A stretch of 63,913 nt of DNA, counting the filler, from Reclinomonas americana ATCC 50394 (taxonomy: Eukaryota), in NCBI GenBank assembly GCA_048213135.1. It is 13 parts of 13 records of this genome, joined end to end, with 100 filler letters (N's around TTAATTAATTAA, not from the genome) between each part and the next. Parts side by side here need not be neighbours in the genome. Positions count along the whole stretch, not along the records: positions 23,243 to 30,313 come from AFZH01017821.1; positions 30,414 to 33,720 come from AFZH01017822.1; positions 33,821 to 35,800 come from AFZH01017823.1; positions 35,901 to 52,442 come from AFZH01017824.1; 9 more parts are not named here. One strand, written 5' to 3'. Every line of letters begins with the position of its first letter. Within the stretch, counting starts at the first letter, position 1. Under the pieces are notes generated by a model. The model made no database searches. It had not been told where the DNA came from and saw nothing but the letters and a program-made list of their open reading frames with translations. This document shows, in pieces, positions 24,446-36,357 of the stretch. Made by a program: the position numbers and the translations under genes.

Positions 24446-24980
24446 CGTGCTGGCACCGTGGACGTACGCTGGTCGAGCGTCAAGCAAGAGGATTATGCGT
24501 AGCCCAGAGCCCCCCCCCTCTTATGAGTTTCTCCAGGGAATTCTGATCACTTCGTTGTCCTTCGCCCGGCATCTCGTGCCCGCATCAAGTGTCGTTCCCC
24601 AATGAATTTGACGATGTACACTGTATTTATCAAGTGGATGCAAACTGCCGTTGTCTCCAACGGCAGCCGCGGTGGCCTGGCACTCTGCCTCGCCGCCGGC
24701 ACCGCCACCGCCACCGGCACTCGATGCCAGCTCGTCGAATCAGCTGCACGGGGACGTTGATTTGGAGGAGGATGATGATGATGCTGATACATCGCAGTCC
24801 GATTAGTATGCCGCCGGCCGTGTCGGTCTCTGCTGCGAGTTCGGGTTTGTCGCAGGTGGTGGTAGAGAAGGAGTAATTAAGGAGCCACTGGAAAAAGTAC
24901 ACTCACCATCGTCGATAGTTGGCAACTGTTCACTACTCACAAGGCAACACTACAAACTGTCTTCAACCTATCCTCGCACA

Positions 24981-27900
24981 TCACCGCCGCGCCGGCGGTG
25001 GAGCCACAAACGTGTGGAATCCGTACCCCTCACCCGCATCCACGCCCTCCACTCGCACGCGGCACACCGGACACTCGCCACTCTTGCTTACCAGCCGCTC
25101 CGCGCACTTCCGGCACAAGACTTGGTGCATGCACGGACGCAGTCGCGTCTCGCGCAGTCCGTCGCACACCATGCACGCCCGCCGACACGACAACACCGTC
25201 AGGTCACTCAACTCGCTCGCCAGCTGTTGCGCCGTCGGACGACGTGCTGGTCGACCATCCAGGCATCTGCAGATTGAGCGTGTACGCCAGTCAGCGTGTC
25301 TCCTCGCAACACTCTCTGGGAAACACACAAGTACCTCAGTGCGAGTCGCACAATCCGCTCACACACAGGAGCCGGCCATGGTCGACCGACAGCAGCATCC
25401 GCCAGCTCCACCGCGGCATTGAGGAATGCTTCTCCGTCGTCGCCGTCAATGTCATCCATTTCCTCCAGTGTCTCCACTCGCCGATGCACCTCCTCAATCG
25501 GCAGGCCGCTGAACACTTGCAGGAGGACGAGACCGAGCGAGAACACATCCGAACTCAGTCGCAGCTGGCCATGCATGGCCTTGGGATCGGCATACTTCGG
25601 GTCGCCAGCAAAGTGCACTGACAAGTGCGTCTGTGCCATGCGCACGAGGAAGGGAAGGATGAGGGAACGGGAAGGGAGAGCGTGCAGGAATGGATCACTC
25701 ACTCCCTCGGTGCGGAACCAGTGCGCCACTCCCAGGTCCGAGATGTATGCCATTCCACTGTGGTTGAACAGAATGTTGGATGGCTTCAGGTCGCGATGGA
25801 TCACTGAGGGAGAGGGGGAACAAGTGAGTGGAACTATATGAGAGAAGGGTTGAGAACAGACACACGTACCATTCTGCGCATCGCGACAAACGAACAAAAA
25901 GACACGAGTCAGTCAACAAAGAGAATGATACCGGAACCACACGCATGATCTCCCTCACTCACATGCCTGCATTATCCGTAAGCACAAGGTGAGTCCAAAG
26001 AAATGGAGAGCAAAGCAACATACAACAAGATATTGGAGCGCAACTTATGCAGCGAGGCAACTGCTTCGGCACATCGCAGCATGCACGTCATTCGCGCCTC
26101 AATCGACATGGCCGGCAGTCCGCGCTCCGCCCACTGCAGCAGTCGGTGCGCCAAGTTGTGCTCACTGCAAATCACCTGAGTCAGTATACAAGAGCAGCAG
26201 ATGATCCCCACAGCGAGGCGTGGTGGCCATGGTGATTTCGACCAAGACAGAACAGGTCACATCCAAAACAATCAGTCTCTCTCTCTCTCTCTGTCTGTCT
26301 GTCACTCAGCCTCTACGTTACACATCCACTTGCTCCGTGCGATCTCTTTCTCCTCCTGCTTTCTCTCAGTCCGTCTTGCTCATCCCGCTTGCTCCGCTCT
26401 CTAATCTCTCGTAATCAATGTCATATCTACTACTCTCTGATCACCTTCCCTGTCGATCTTTGTGTCTCTCGCCTTTTCTTCTCTCTTTATCTCTCACAGA
26501 GTCAACCATGCTGATCGCGCTCTCAACAATCGCACCACTCTGCAGTCAATATATCTCTACTGTTCTCTGACCACCTTCCCTTCCTCTTTCCCCTTAAACT
26601 CACCTCATCGCCTCGAGCACCACACATCGCTTGCCGTCGTCAGACTCCGCAAACCCGATCAGCGGCACAACCCCAGCCACACTCACCGCCTTGAGCTTCT
26701 CCAACTGAGATGCACGCAGAGAGTGAGAGCGAGAAGACCACATTCTCCCTTCTCTGCTTCACGAACCTCATTGGAGAACGACTCGATGCACCACGGCAGC
26801 GCACTGTCAAACACCTTGATGGCCACACTCTGTCCGGCCCATTCCCCACAAAACACCTTGCCCTGTCCACCATCGCCACCCAGGCGCTCCGCGAAATTGT
26901 TGCTCATCGCCACCACTTGTTCCCATGAGAATGCCGTCAACGGCGCTGCGTTCATCAACAAGCAAACAAAGTGAGTCTCCAATCATCATCACACTTCCCC
27001 TTCCCCTCCTCCAGCCTCACGCACCCCGATGGGTGAGATCACGCTGAACGGCGACCAGATCAGCCTCGAGTCGCTGTGCTCGGTCATGTTCGCGCTGTCG
27101 CTGCTCGTCCACACGATCCAGCGCTTCCTGCAGCGCAGCCCGCGCGGCTTCCTGCTGCTGGAGCGCGGCAGTATGCTCCGCAATGGTCACTTCCTGCTGT
27201 TGTACGCGCTGTTGCCACTCGCTCATCTTCGCTCGCTGATCATCCAATTGTCGCTGCAACTCCTCCATCTGCTGTTGCACGCGAGGCACAGTATCGTCCA
27301 GCTGACGCGAGCGCTCCTGCCACTCGTTTGTTCGCTGCCGCCACTCCTCCTTCTCTCGCTGTGCCGACTCGACCTCCTGTTGCAGCTGAGCAGCAGTTTG
27401 CTCGTATTGCTGCACACGCGCCTGCCACTTGCTTGACTGCTGTCGCTGTTCCTCCAGTTCTTGCCGCACAGCGTCGGGCTGGCGGAGAGCTTCTCCCATC
27501 CTAGCAGCCTGGCCGACAGGGCCAGCCTGCTCGAAGGCGACAGAGGCGGAGGGTGTTCCAGATGCCTGCTGGGATGTGAGCGAACGGGTCACACGGAAGC
27601 AAAGGCTGGGCACCAACGAAACCGTTGATCCTGTTGGTGATTTCACAGCGTCGACAGCCACTGTGTCGGGGAGCAAGCGCGTAAGATGGGCGTGATGAGC
27701 AGAGGTGACACAACTTGAACTCACAGTTGGAAGAGCCGGGCAGACCTTGTTGCTTCGTCTTCCCCTCCTCCTCCTCGCCTTCTTCGTATGATACTCCTCC
27801 CTTGCGCCGAGCATCCTCAAGAGCAGCACGAACGTCATCCAACAACTTCCGATCGGCTTGAGTCGGCATAGTCTCGTCACCGAGACTTCGTCGCATCTCG

Positions 27901-29321
27901 GTCCACATCTCCAAGAGACGCTCGGCTTCCGCCAAGTTCCTGACGCCGCCGAGTTTCGAGAGGTGGAACGCAAGGTTGTGTACACAAAGCAGCGTGGTTG
28001 GGTGACAGTCGCCAGATCGTTCTCGTCGAAGAGGTAGCAACGCCCGCCCGATTTGAACTGCATCTCCAAAGCTCCCGCAGTCCGCGTAAGCGAGTGCGAG
28101 TTGGAACATAGTCTCCAACGAGGCGTCGCTTTCCCGTTCCTGCCTCTCCAGTGTATCACAAAGCACGGCAACAGCTTCCTGTTGTCGACCAGACAGTCGC
28201 AGGGCGGTGCCCAGTCTTGCTGACACGGCAAGTGTGCGCGAGTCTCCGGCACCATGCAGCTGTCTCCACCGCTCACGCGCATCCTCCAGTAGAGTAATGG
28301 CCTCCGACAAACAGGCCTCGCCGCCGACGCGAATAAGACTCTTGCTGAGGCGGGAAGCGCATTCTATAACTCGCTCGTCGTCAACGCCGTACGCAACGCG
28401 TGCCTGTGTCAATATCTCGCGACCGACGTCAACTGCCGCCTCGAAGTCACCGCTCTCGTGGAGCGCGTGGGCGAGGAGATGCATAGTCTGCAGCCTATCC
28501 GCGCCAGGACTGTCTACTGGAAATAGAATGCGTTGTCGGCTCTGCAGCGCGTCACGCAGCACCACGATTGCCTCGGGGTACCGACCGAGCTTGCAAAGTG
28601 CGTCACCGAGCAACCGCGCCGCTTGTGGTCTGACGGGATTCTCGTAGCCAAAAAAACTGAAGGGATTACAAACGCCAACTAAACCATTACCCTTGTACTC
28701 GACCGCGCACTCGAGGAGAGTCACAGCCTCAGTCAAGTTAGCCGTGCCGCCAGCTCCCATGAGAGCCACCGCAAGCTTGAAACCACTTAACCACCTTAAA
28801 TCCTCATCAACCCTCCACAACACGTCTCGGGCAACGTCCACAGCCTCCTCGTGCAAATGCGCGGTGGTGAGAGCGGCTGACAAATCGCCCATCGTCTGCA
28901 CCAGCAATTCGTCGGTGTTGCGCAGCACGCGTTTCATTCTCTCCACCGCAGGGCGCTGCAAATCGACAGCCTCCACGAATCGATGTGCTTCGAACAATTT
29001 CTTCCCCAGTGTGGCCGACACTGTCAGCGTCACCTTGTGGTCCTCACCAAACACCTGACTGTACCGCGCCAACAGTTCCTCGAGCACCGGAATCACACCA
29101 GCTGGGTCTCTCGAAGAAGAGAGACAGGTAACGTATTTGAATGCGGCCGGAATCGTCCACTTCTTGTTCTTGGGGCCGAGCACCTCGATAAAGTCGCGCA
29201 CACACTCGGCAACAAGTGGAGTTGCTGCGTCGAAGTTGAAATTGGGAGCCCTCATGAGAGTCATCGCTTCTTCGTACCGAGCAGTGGCTGCGGCCAGGCG
29301 TTGATCGGTGTTGCGGCTCAT
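24981..29321 (-). CDS. TPR repeats, coiled coil, IRAK/Pelle/RLK-like kinase and C3HC4 RING finger (multi-exon, with two 4-nt microexons)
   Basis: Kinesin-light-chain-type TPRs (VFGEDHKVTL, SGDCHPTTLLCVHNLA); Q/E-rich coil at about 27030-27500; FSWEQVVAMSNNFAERLGGDGGQGKVF, VAIK, HRDLKPSN, DLG, SDVFSLGLVLLQ, RRPT; RING CMVC...PCMH...CRKC...CPVC. All junctions were checked by hand and are in phase. Confidence 0.88.
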
Positions 29322-29614
29322 GGATTGCGTGGAAAGGGAGAGGGATTGAGACAGAGATGGAGTGAGAGCGAGAGAGAGAGAGAGAGAGCGGATGAGAGCA
29401 ATGAGGTGCAGTCTTCTTGCGTGTGCGTGTGCGTGTGTAGATGTGTGTGTGTAGTGGGACGGGGACAAGATTCTTTTCCTCGCCGTCTCTCACGCTATAA
29501 CACGTCCGCATACACTCTTTATATCACGACCGCTCCTGTCATCAGTTTAACTTCACATCCTCCACCTCGCTTCCCACCTCCACCCGTCGCCGTCGGTGTC
29601 AGCATTCCGTGTGA

Positions 29615-31921
29615 TTATGAATGGATCTCAACGAGCCAACACAGTCGCTGATTTCGCACGGTAACGCATCTCGGCCGTAGTGGGACCCGACGACCGTCTA
29701 CAGAGTGACACCAAAGTGAGCGAACCCCCAGGAAATCACATTTCCTTTTCGCACGTCGCACGCAACGATGCACGACCAGGCACAGCACCCGGCGACTGTG
29801 ACGACGGCTGCAGAATCGACTGCAACAGCATGCCGCCACGTGTACCGCTTCCCCGAGTTGCCCCCGCCGCCGCCGTCGCCGACGAAGCCGCAGCAGCTGC
29901 ACAATTGCAATCAACAAACGTGAGCCTGATGAGCGACTTCACATGCCGGCATAAAGAAAGCAAACGTACTTGGCAGCCGTCGATCTTGCGACGCTCTCCA
30001 CGTACGGTAATTGTCCATGGCAGACTGTGCCGCAGCCGACACTCTGCACACACAATCGTATGAGCTTCGCATTACAGGCAACAAGTATTCTGCGCGTCGC
30101 ACCCATCCTCAAACGACTGCAGCGGCGGCGTACGTGTGCCCGGTGCGGAACTGCGCGAGCGATCGGGCGTCAGAGCCACCGACCCGAATGGAGCCGGCAT
30201 GCGGCCGCCGCGTGACTGTATGAGACCGCCCTTTGCCATGTCAGCACCCACTGTGCAAGCACCGTGTCGCAATCCACACAGACACACACATACAGACACA
30301 CACACACAGACACNNNNNNNNNNNNNNNNNNNNNNNNNNNNNNNNNNNNNNNNNNNNTTAATTAATTAANNNNNNNNNNNNNNNNNNNNNNNNNNNNNNN
30401 NNNNNNNNNNNNNGGACGGGCCAGCACTGCCACCACCTACTCTTGACGGGGGCATAAGACGTCGCTTGATGGGCGACATGCTCAGCGTCATGGTGCCCTT
30501 CGGGTCGGCGATCGAGGACATGCCAACCGAATCGCCATTGGCCGACGCCAGCAATGCAGCCGAGAACCCACTGCCGCCGGCCGCCGCCGCCCCAGCCCCT
30601 GTGGACGGCACCATGGAGGGCAACAGGCTGGCGTCGCCCACGTACGCATTTCCGCTTCCCGAGCCAGCTGCGGCGCCACTCGCCACCGTTGACACGGTCC
30701 GCTCGCCCTGCTTCCATAGCCGCGGTTGCATTCTGTTGTGAACAACGAAAGTGAGTTTAAATCAATCGCCTCCCCACGACTTACGCTGCCGCGCAACTGC
30801 TTCAAGAAGTTCTGCTGCGGTCCAATCACACTGCCCGGTCGACATAGTCGCAGGTAGCCAATCACCTGCGAAAGGCGCACAGAATGTCGTGTCAATAATG
30901 GCATTGAGAGAGAAAGAGAGACGCAAACGTGGACACACCTCGGGTGCACTGAACCGGTAGTGCTTCATCAAGTAGCAGGCAATCAGCGAGCCGGTGCGAC
31001 CGAGACCGGCCTTGCAGTGCACAGCAATCGCCCCGTTGGACTGCTCGGCAATCTCCAGGAACCGTCTCACGATATTATCCGATGGGGTCGAGCCGTCGGG
31101 GAAGAACAGGTCGTGATGCGCAAAGCCGGCATCGAGGAATTTCCTTCTCTCGTACACCTTCTTGTTCAGCCGCACAATGGTCGTCACCCCGAGTCGCCGG
31201 AATACCTTCACGTAGTCCTCTGTGCGATGCGTGGTTGAGCAAGCGTGCAGGGGTCATTGTTTCCATCCTCGATAACACGGTGTGCCTGTCAACTGCAAAG
31301 TGCGCATTCTTTACATCTCTCTCTCTCTCTCTTCAAATATCTCCCTCGTTCTCTCTCTCACTCTATCTGTTTTTCTTTATTTCTCCATGCAAGTCTTGGT
31401 TCTGCATCACAAATCACAATGGCCTTCCAGCTCTCCAGAACTTCCGTTTGCTTCTTCGTCTTCTAAATTTCCTCTCTCTTCCTTCTCACTCACATGTTCT
31501 CTCTCTCTCTCTCTCTCATACACACACACACTCTCTCTCTCTCCATGCACGTCGCGGCTCCCGCTCTCCAGAACTTCCATTTGCTTCTTCGTCTTCTAAA
31601 CCTTTCTCTCTTCCTTCCCACTCAAGTGCTCTTTCTCTCTCTCTCACACACACACACACTCCACGCACGTCTGCTGCTCTGCAACACAAATCACAATAGC
31701 CTTCCAGATCTCCCATGCTTTCAATTGCTTCTTCTCCCTTCGCCTCACTCTCGCTCTCTCTCTCACCATCTGTGTTTGTGGTTCCTGCGGCGCTTCTCCT
31801 CATTCTCGCTGTCGCACATGCAAGTGTGCCACTCGGTCCATGTAGATTCATGCTTCTCGCCAGCGCCCTCTCTCTTGCTCTCTCTCGCACACACAAACAC
31901 AAACGCACACACACGCACACA

Positions 31922-31963
<42 letters not shown>

Positions 31964-32219
31964 CACAGGCAGACACACTGACAGACGCTCACACACACGC
32001 ACGCACAACACACATTCATCGCGTTCTATGTCTCTCTGGCAATCTGGGGTCGTGGCCTCGCGGCACCCGACCTTGTCCTTCTGTCACTGTCTCACTCGCT
32101 GCCTACCTGCTCTGTGTCACACCCTGAGCCACACACATATTCATCTCACACTGTCACATCGACGTTCCTCCTTTCCATCAACCCACCTCTCTTCAACACA
32201 ACCCCGGAGCACGGCAAAG

Positions 32220-32259
<40 letters not shown>

Positions 32260-33498
32260 AAGTCTCCAAAATGAATACCAGACACAGTAACAAGTAAAAG
32301 CATCAACGAGACCCACACACAATACCACACCGAAACAGAAACCAAACAAAGCACGACTCCCCATCCTTTTCCCTTCCCTTCCCTTTCCCTTTCCCCTCCC
32401 TTTCCCTTCCCCCATCCTTCTCCCTTTCCCTTTCCCTTTATCTCCCTTTCCCTTCATCCCCCTTTCCCTTCGCTCACCTACAATGTACGTCCTCAATCCC
32501 CCATCAAACTCCTGCGCCACCGCATTGGGCCCGGAAAAGGCGAGAAACTTGCCCGGCACGATCCAATTCATGTCGCCATTCTCCACCCTCTCCATGTGCT
32601 CATACTCGTCCACATCAAACTTGTCGTACTCGAAAAACTTGTTCTCCACCGCCCGCTGCATGCCGCGCAGACAGTCGAGAATCGTCAGGTTGTACGTGCT
32701 GATCCCAAACGACGCATCGCGGAACGGAATGAACGGCGGGTAAATGCCGACAAACGGCGCATACGCTTCCTCCGCCGACCGACCCAATCGCAGCAACTAT
32801 ATCATCGGTTTTGATGTGAGATACAGCTGGAAAAAAAGAAACAGGGGTGCGCGCCGAGTTTGCCTCACGCAACAGCATACAGGCAGATCAAGCACGCGGC
32901 ATTTGCTCTCTTGTGTCCATCGTGACTCGAGTAAAAGTAAATCCGGCGTGCCTCCGTCTGCCGAAATGCACGTCATGAGTGACGAAAAACCAGACCAAAC
33001 GGCTCACACTCCAAGTACAAAATCAACAACTTCTCTCTCTCTCTCACACACACATACACACCTTTCGCTTCTCATCCAACAGCTGACAAAAGCGGTAGGT
33101 GGAGCCGAGGTGAAGCGGACCAAAATCGGCGAAAAAGGGCTCGTAGAACAACACCTCGTCGACCGAGAAGAAGTGCTCTTGATCCGAGTCGGCCGGAGCG
33201 GACTTGAGCGAGATGAAGTAGAGCTTATCTGCACACACGCACACACACACAAAGAGAAAGGAGAACGAGAAGACGACGTAAGCACTCTCCGAACAATTGC
33301 ACTGTCAGAGAGAACTCTTTGCGTGTGTGTGCGTGTGCTCACTGTTTGCCTGTCACTCACTCTGTGCTCTCTTGCTGTGTGAGAGAAACAACTCTCTCTC
33401 TCTGTTCTCTCTGTTGCTCTCTCTCTGTGTGTGCTATTTGTGTGGCACGCTGCACACCGACCTTTGATGAACTCAATGGCCCCAGACAAGTCGCTCAT
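29615..33498 (-). CDS. CDC14: Dual-specificity phosphatase CDC14; 3' low-complexity exons beyond gap 30314-30413 are less certain
   Basis: [56 protein letters not shown] and [10 protein letters not shown]. Confidence 0.95.
31408..31720. repeat. Degenerate intronic tandem repeat, unit about 135 bp
   Basis: ctctccagaacttcc.tttgcttcttcgtcttctaaa occurs at about 31431 and 31564; cacaaatcacaat occurs at about 31408 and 31686. Confidence 0.7.
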
Positions 33499-33820
33499 CT
33501 CGTGTGGAAGTGTGTGTAAGGCGCACAGAGAAGGCGCTCTGTGAGAGTGATTTTGTGAGAGACAACGCACGTGGACAGTGCTCGCTCTGTCCATTGCACG
33601 GTTTGCCATCACACGCGCTTTGTTGTCGGTGTTTGTGTGTCGCGCGCGTCTGTGTGTGTGTGTGTGTCTACACACGTCTTGTGAGCAGACAGTGAACAGG
33701 CACGCGCGCGTGTGTGTGTGNNNNNNNNNNNNNNNNNNNNNNNNNNNNNNNNNNNNNNNNNNNNTTAATTAATTAANNNNNNNNNNNNNNNNNNNNNNNN
33801 NNNNNNNNNNNNNNNNNNNN

Positions 33821-35731
33821 CCGGTGGGGGATATGCGGGGCACGCGGGCGCTGCTGTCGGCCGCCGAGGGCATTCGGTGCTTCTCGCCGACGCACGGCAA
33901 CGACTTTGAGTTCCGTCCGTTTCAGGCACACTTGTTGGGGTCGCCGGCGATTGCAATGACGCCGCATGGTGGCGTCTCGGCGTCGCGCATGAATGTGTTT
34001 GATCCCATGTCGCCGCTGCTGCAGATTGGTGGAGGTGCGTGCGGTGTGCTTGTGTTCAACTGAAGGTGACAAGTTGAATTGACGTTTTTCCTTCTCTGAT
34101 ACAGTTCGATCGCCAACCTCCCGGTCACCACGACACGACGAGTACTCGCCCTCACGCGTTGATCCAGTGACAGGCAAGGCGAAGAAGCCGCGCATGGGAT
34201 CACTTGGAAGTGGTGCGTCCTCATTTCTTGCTTGCCATACCGTTGTGTTGAAAGTCCGCTGAAGTGTGTGTTCTCTCTCCCCTTCCCCTTCTCCCTCTGT
34301 CTGCATTCTCTCCCCTTTCGCCTTCCTCCTTCCCCCTTTCCCGCTCGTCCTGTTTGCCTTCCTCTTTCTTATTTGTTTCCCCCTTCCCTCTCTTTCTCGC
34401 GTTTTATCTGTCTCTTCTCTCTTCCCTCTCCCCCCTCCCCTCCCCCTTTGCCCTTTCCCCTTTCCCCTTTCCTTTCTCCCCTTTCCCTTCCACCAGATGA
34501 CGACGAGGACAGCGAGCAATGGGTGATTGTGAAAATGCCGTGGAGTGCATTCAAGACAACTCTCGAACCCATGCTCGTCCGCCAAGACATCCCGCACGAC
34601 GTCGAGTACGTGCACCCGGTGGCGGCGGCATTCTCGGACCAGATTAATCCCACCTCCGACTCGCTCTCCAACCCCGGCATCATGGTGCACGAAAGCACGC
34701 CGACGCCAATGGACGAGGACGACGAGGACGACCTGCAGCAACAATCAGCGGCAGCGGCAGCAGCAGCCGCCGCCGCCGCCGCTGCCGGTGGTGGTAGCTC
34801 GGCTACGGTGCTGGCAGCCGGTACCACATTAACGGTGCCGTCGGCGTACCCCATACCCGAGTACAGCAACGACGAAGAAAATGACGACGAGGAGGACGAT
34901 GACGACGATGAGGACGAGACGGATGATGACGACGATGACGATGATGACGATGACGAAGAGGAGGAGGAAGAGGAGGAGGAGGAGGAGGTGAAGCCCACAC
35001 GGCGACGGAGAGCAGCTGCCACTGCGTCGACGGCGTCCGGCCGGAAACCACGTGGAGGTGGAGGCCGTGGCGGTAAGCGCGGCGAATCTTCCATCTCTGC
35101 GTCCTCCAGCCCACGCTCTCCCGGCACGGCGGCGAAACCACGACAAAGACGAGTGTCGGCCGCTGCTGCGGCTCGTGAGGCTGCTGCCGCGGCCGCCGCT
35201 GCCGGTGGTTCTGGTATGTGAAGAGAACATCTCTTTATCCTTCCTGCCTTTCCTCACCTCTCCCCTCTTCCGCAGGTGCCACGCCCGCGCCAAACTCCAA
35301 GAGGAGGAAACGCTCGGAGAACGCAAAAGTGCCCACCGATTCCGCCGGCCGCGAAATCAAGCTGGGTGCGTGGACGGTGGAGGAGGACGAGAAGCTGGCG
35401 CAATTGGTGCACGAGGTCGGTGCACGACACTGGAGCAAGATTGCGGAGAAGATGCCGGGTCGGCGTGGCAAGCAATGTCGCGAACGCTGGTTCAATCATC
35501 TCGATCCAACTGTCAAGAAGGAGGGCTGGTCGCACGAAGAAGGTGAGCACAGAATCGCACGTTGCATGAACAAAGAAGCTGCGCAGTCTGACGACAACGT
35601 GATGCCTGTGCAGATTTGCGTGTTATTGAGTTGCACGGCAAGTACGGCAATCAGTGGAGCTACTTTTCGAAAATCATTGCCGGTCGCACAGCGAACGCCA
35701 TCAAAAATCACTGGAATTCCACCCTCAAGAG
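33821..35731 (+). CDS. R2R3-type MYB transcription factor, truncated by gaps at both ends
   Basis: GAWTVEEDEKL...WSKIAEKMPGRRGKQCRERWFNHLDP...WSHEED...GNQWSYFSKIIAGRTANAIKNHWNSTLK, preceded by SP/TP-rich and acidic exons that splice in phase. Confidence 0.92.
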
Positions 35732-35751
35732 GTGTGCCTTCTTTCCCCTTG

Positions 35752-35786
<35 letters not shown>

Positions 35787-36357
35787 CTCTCTCTACTACT
35801 NNNNNNNNNNNNNNNNNNNNNNNNNNNNNNNNNNNNNNNNNNNNTTAATTAATTAANNNNNNNNNNNNNNNNNNNNNNNNNNNNNNNNNNNNNNNNNNNN
35901 GACGACCACCACAGCCACTGCGGCGGCTGCGCCGGCAGCACCGGCAGCAGCAGCAGCAGCAGTACCGCCACTTCCACCGCCACCACCACCACCATTGGCA
36001 AATGGCACTGCGGCAGCTGGTGGCGACGATGCGGGGGCGAATTCACGGAAACGCGCCATTGATCAAGTGGATGCGGCGGGAGCTGACTCTTCGACGCCGG
36101 CGTCGGAGGCAACGAACGCAGCTGCCAGCACCGGGGAACCACCAACAAAGATGGCGCGGACAGCCTAGTGAGATGCGAGGGAGTGGCGACGAATGGTGTT
36201 TATGTTTTGCTTTGTTCTCTTCGATTTTCTTGCGTCGGTGTGTGTGTGTGTGTAGTAAGGTGGCGGCGAGCCGACGGACGGGGCGGCGTTTTTCCGTCGT
36301 GCTTCTCCAAAAACAAACAATGTGGCATTACAAAATAAGAACAGTCTACTATTTTTT

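Noticed and set aside
27501..27745. Cys-rich tail (CEFKLCHLC...) of the TPR ORF as a zinc finger
   Set aside because: It results from reading through introns; in-phase splicing moves to the coiled-coil frame.
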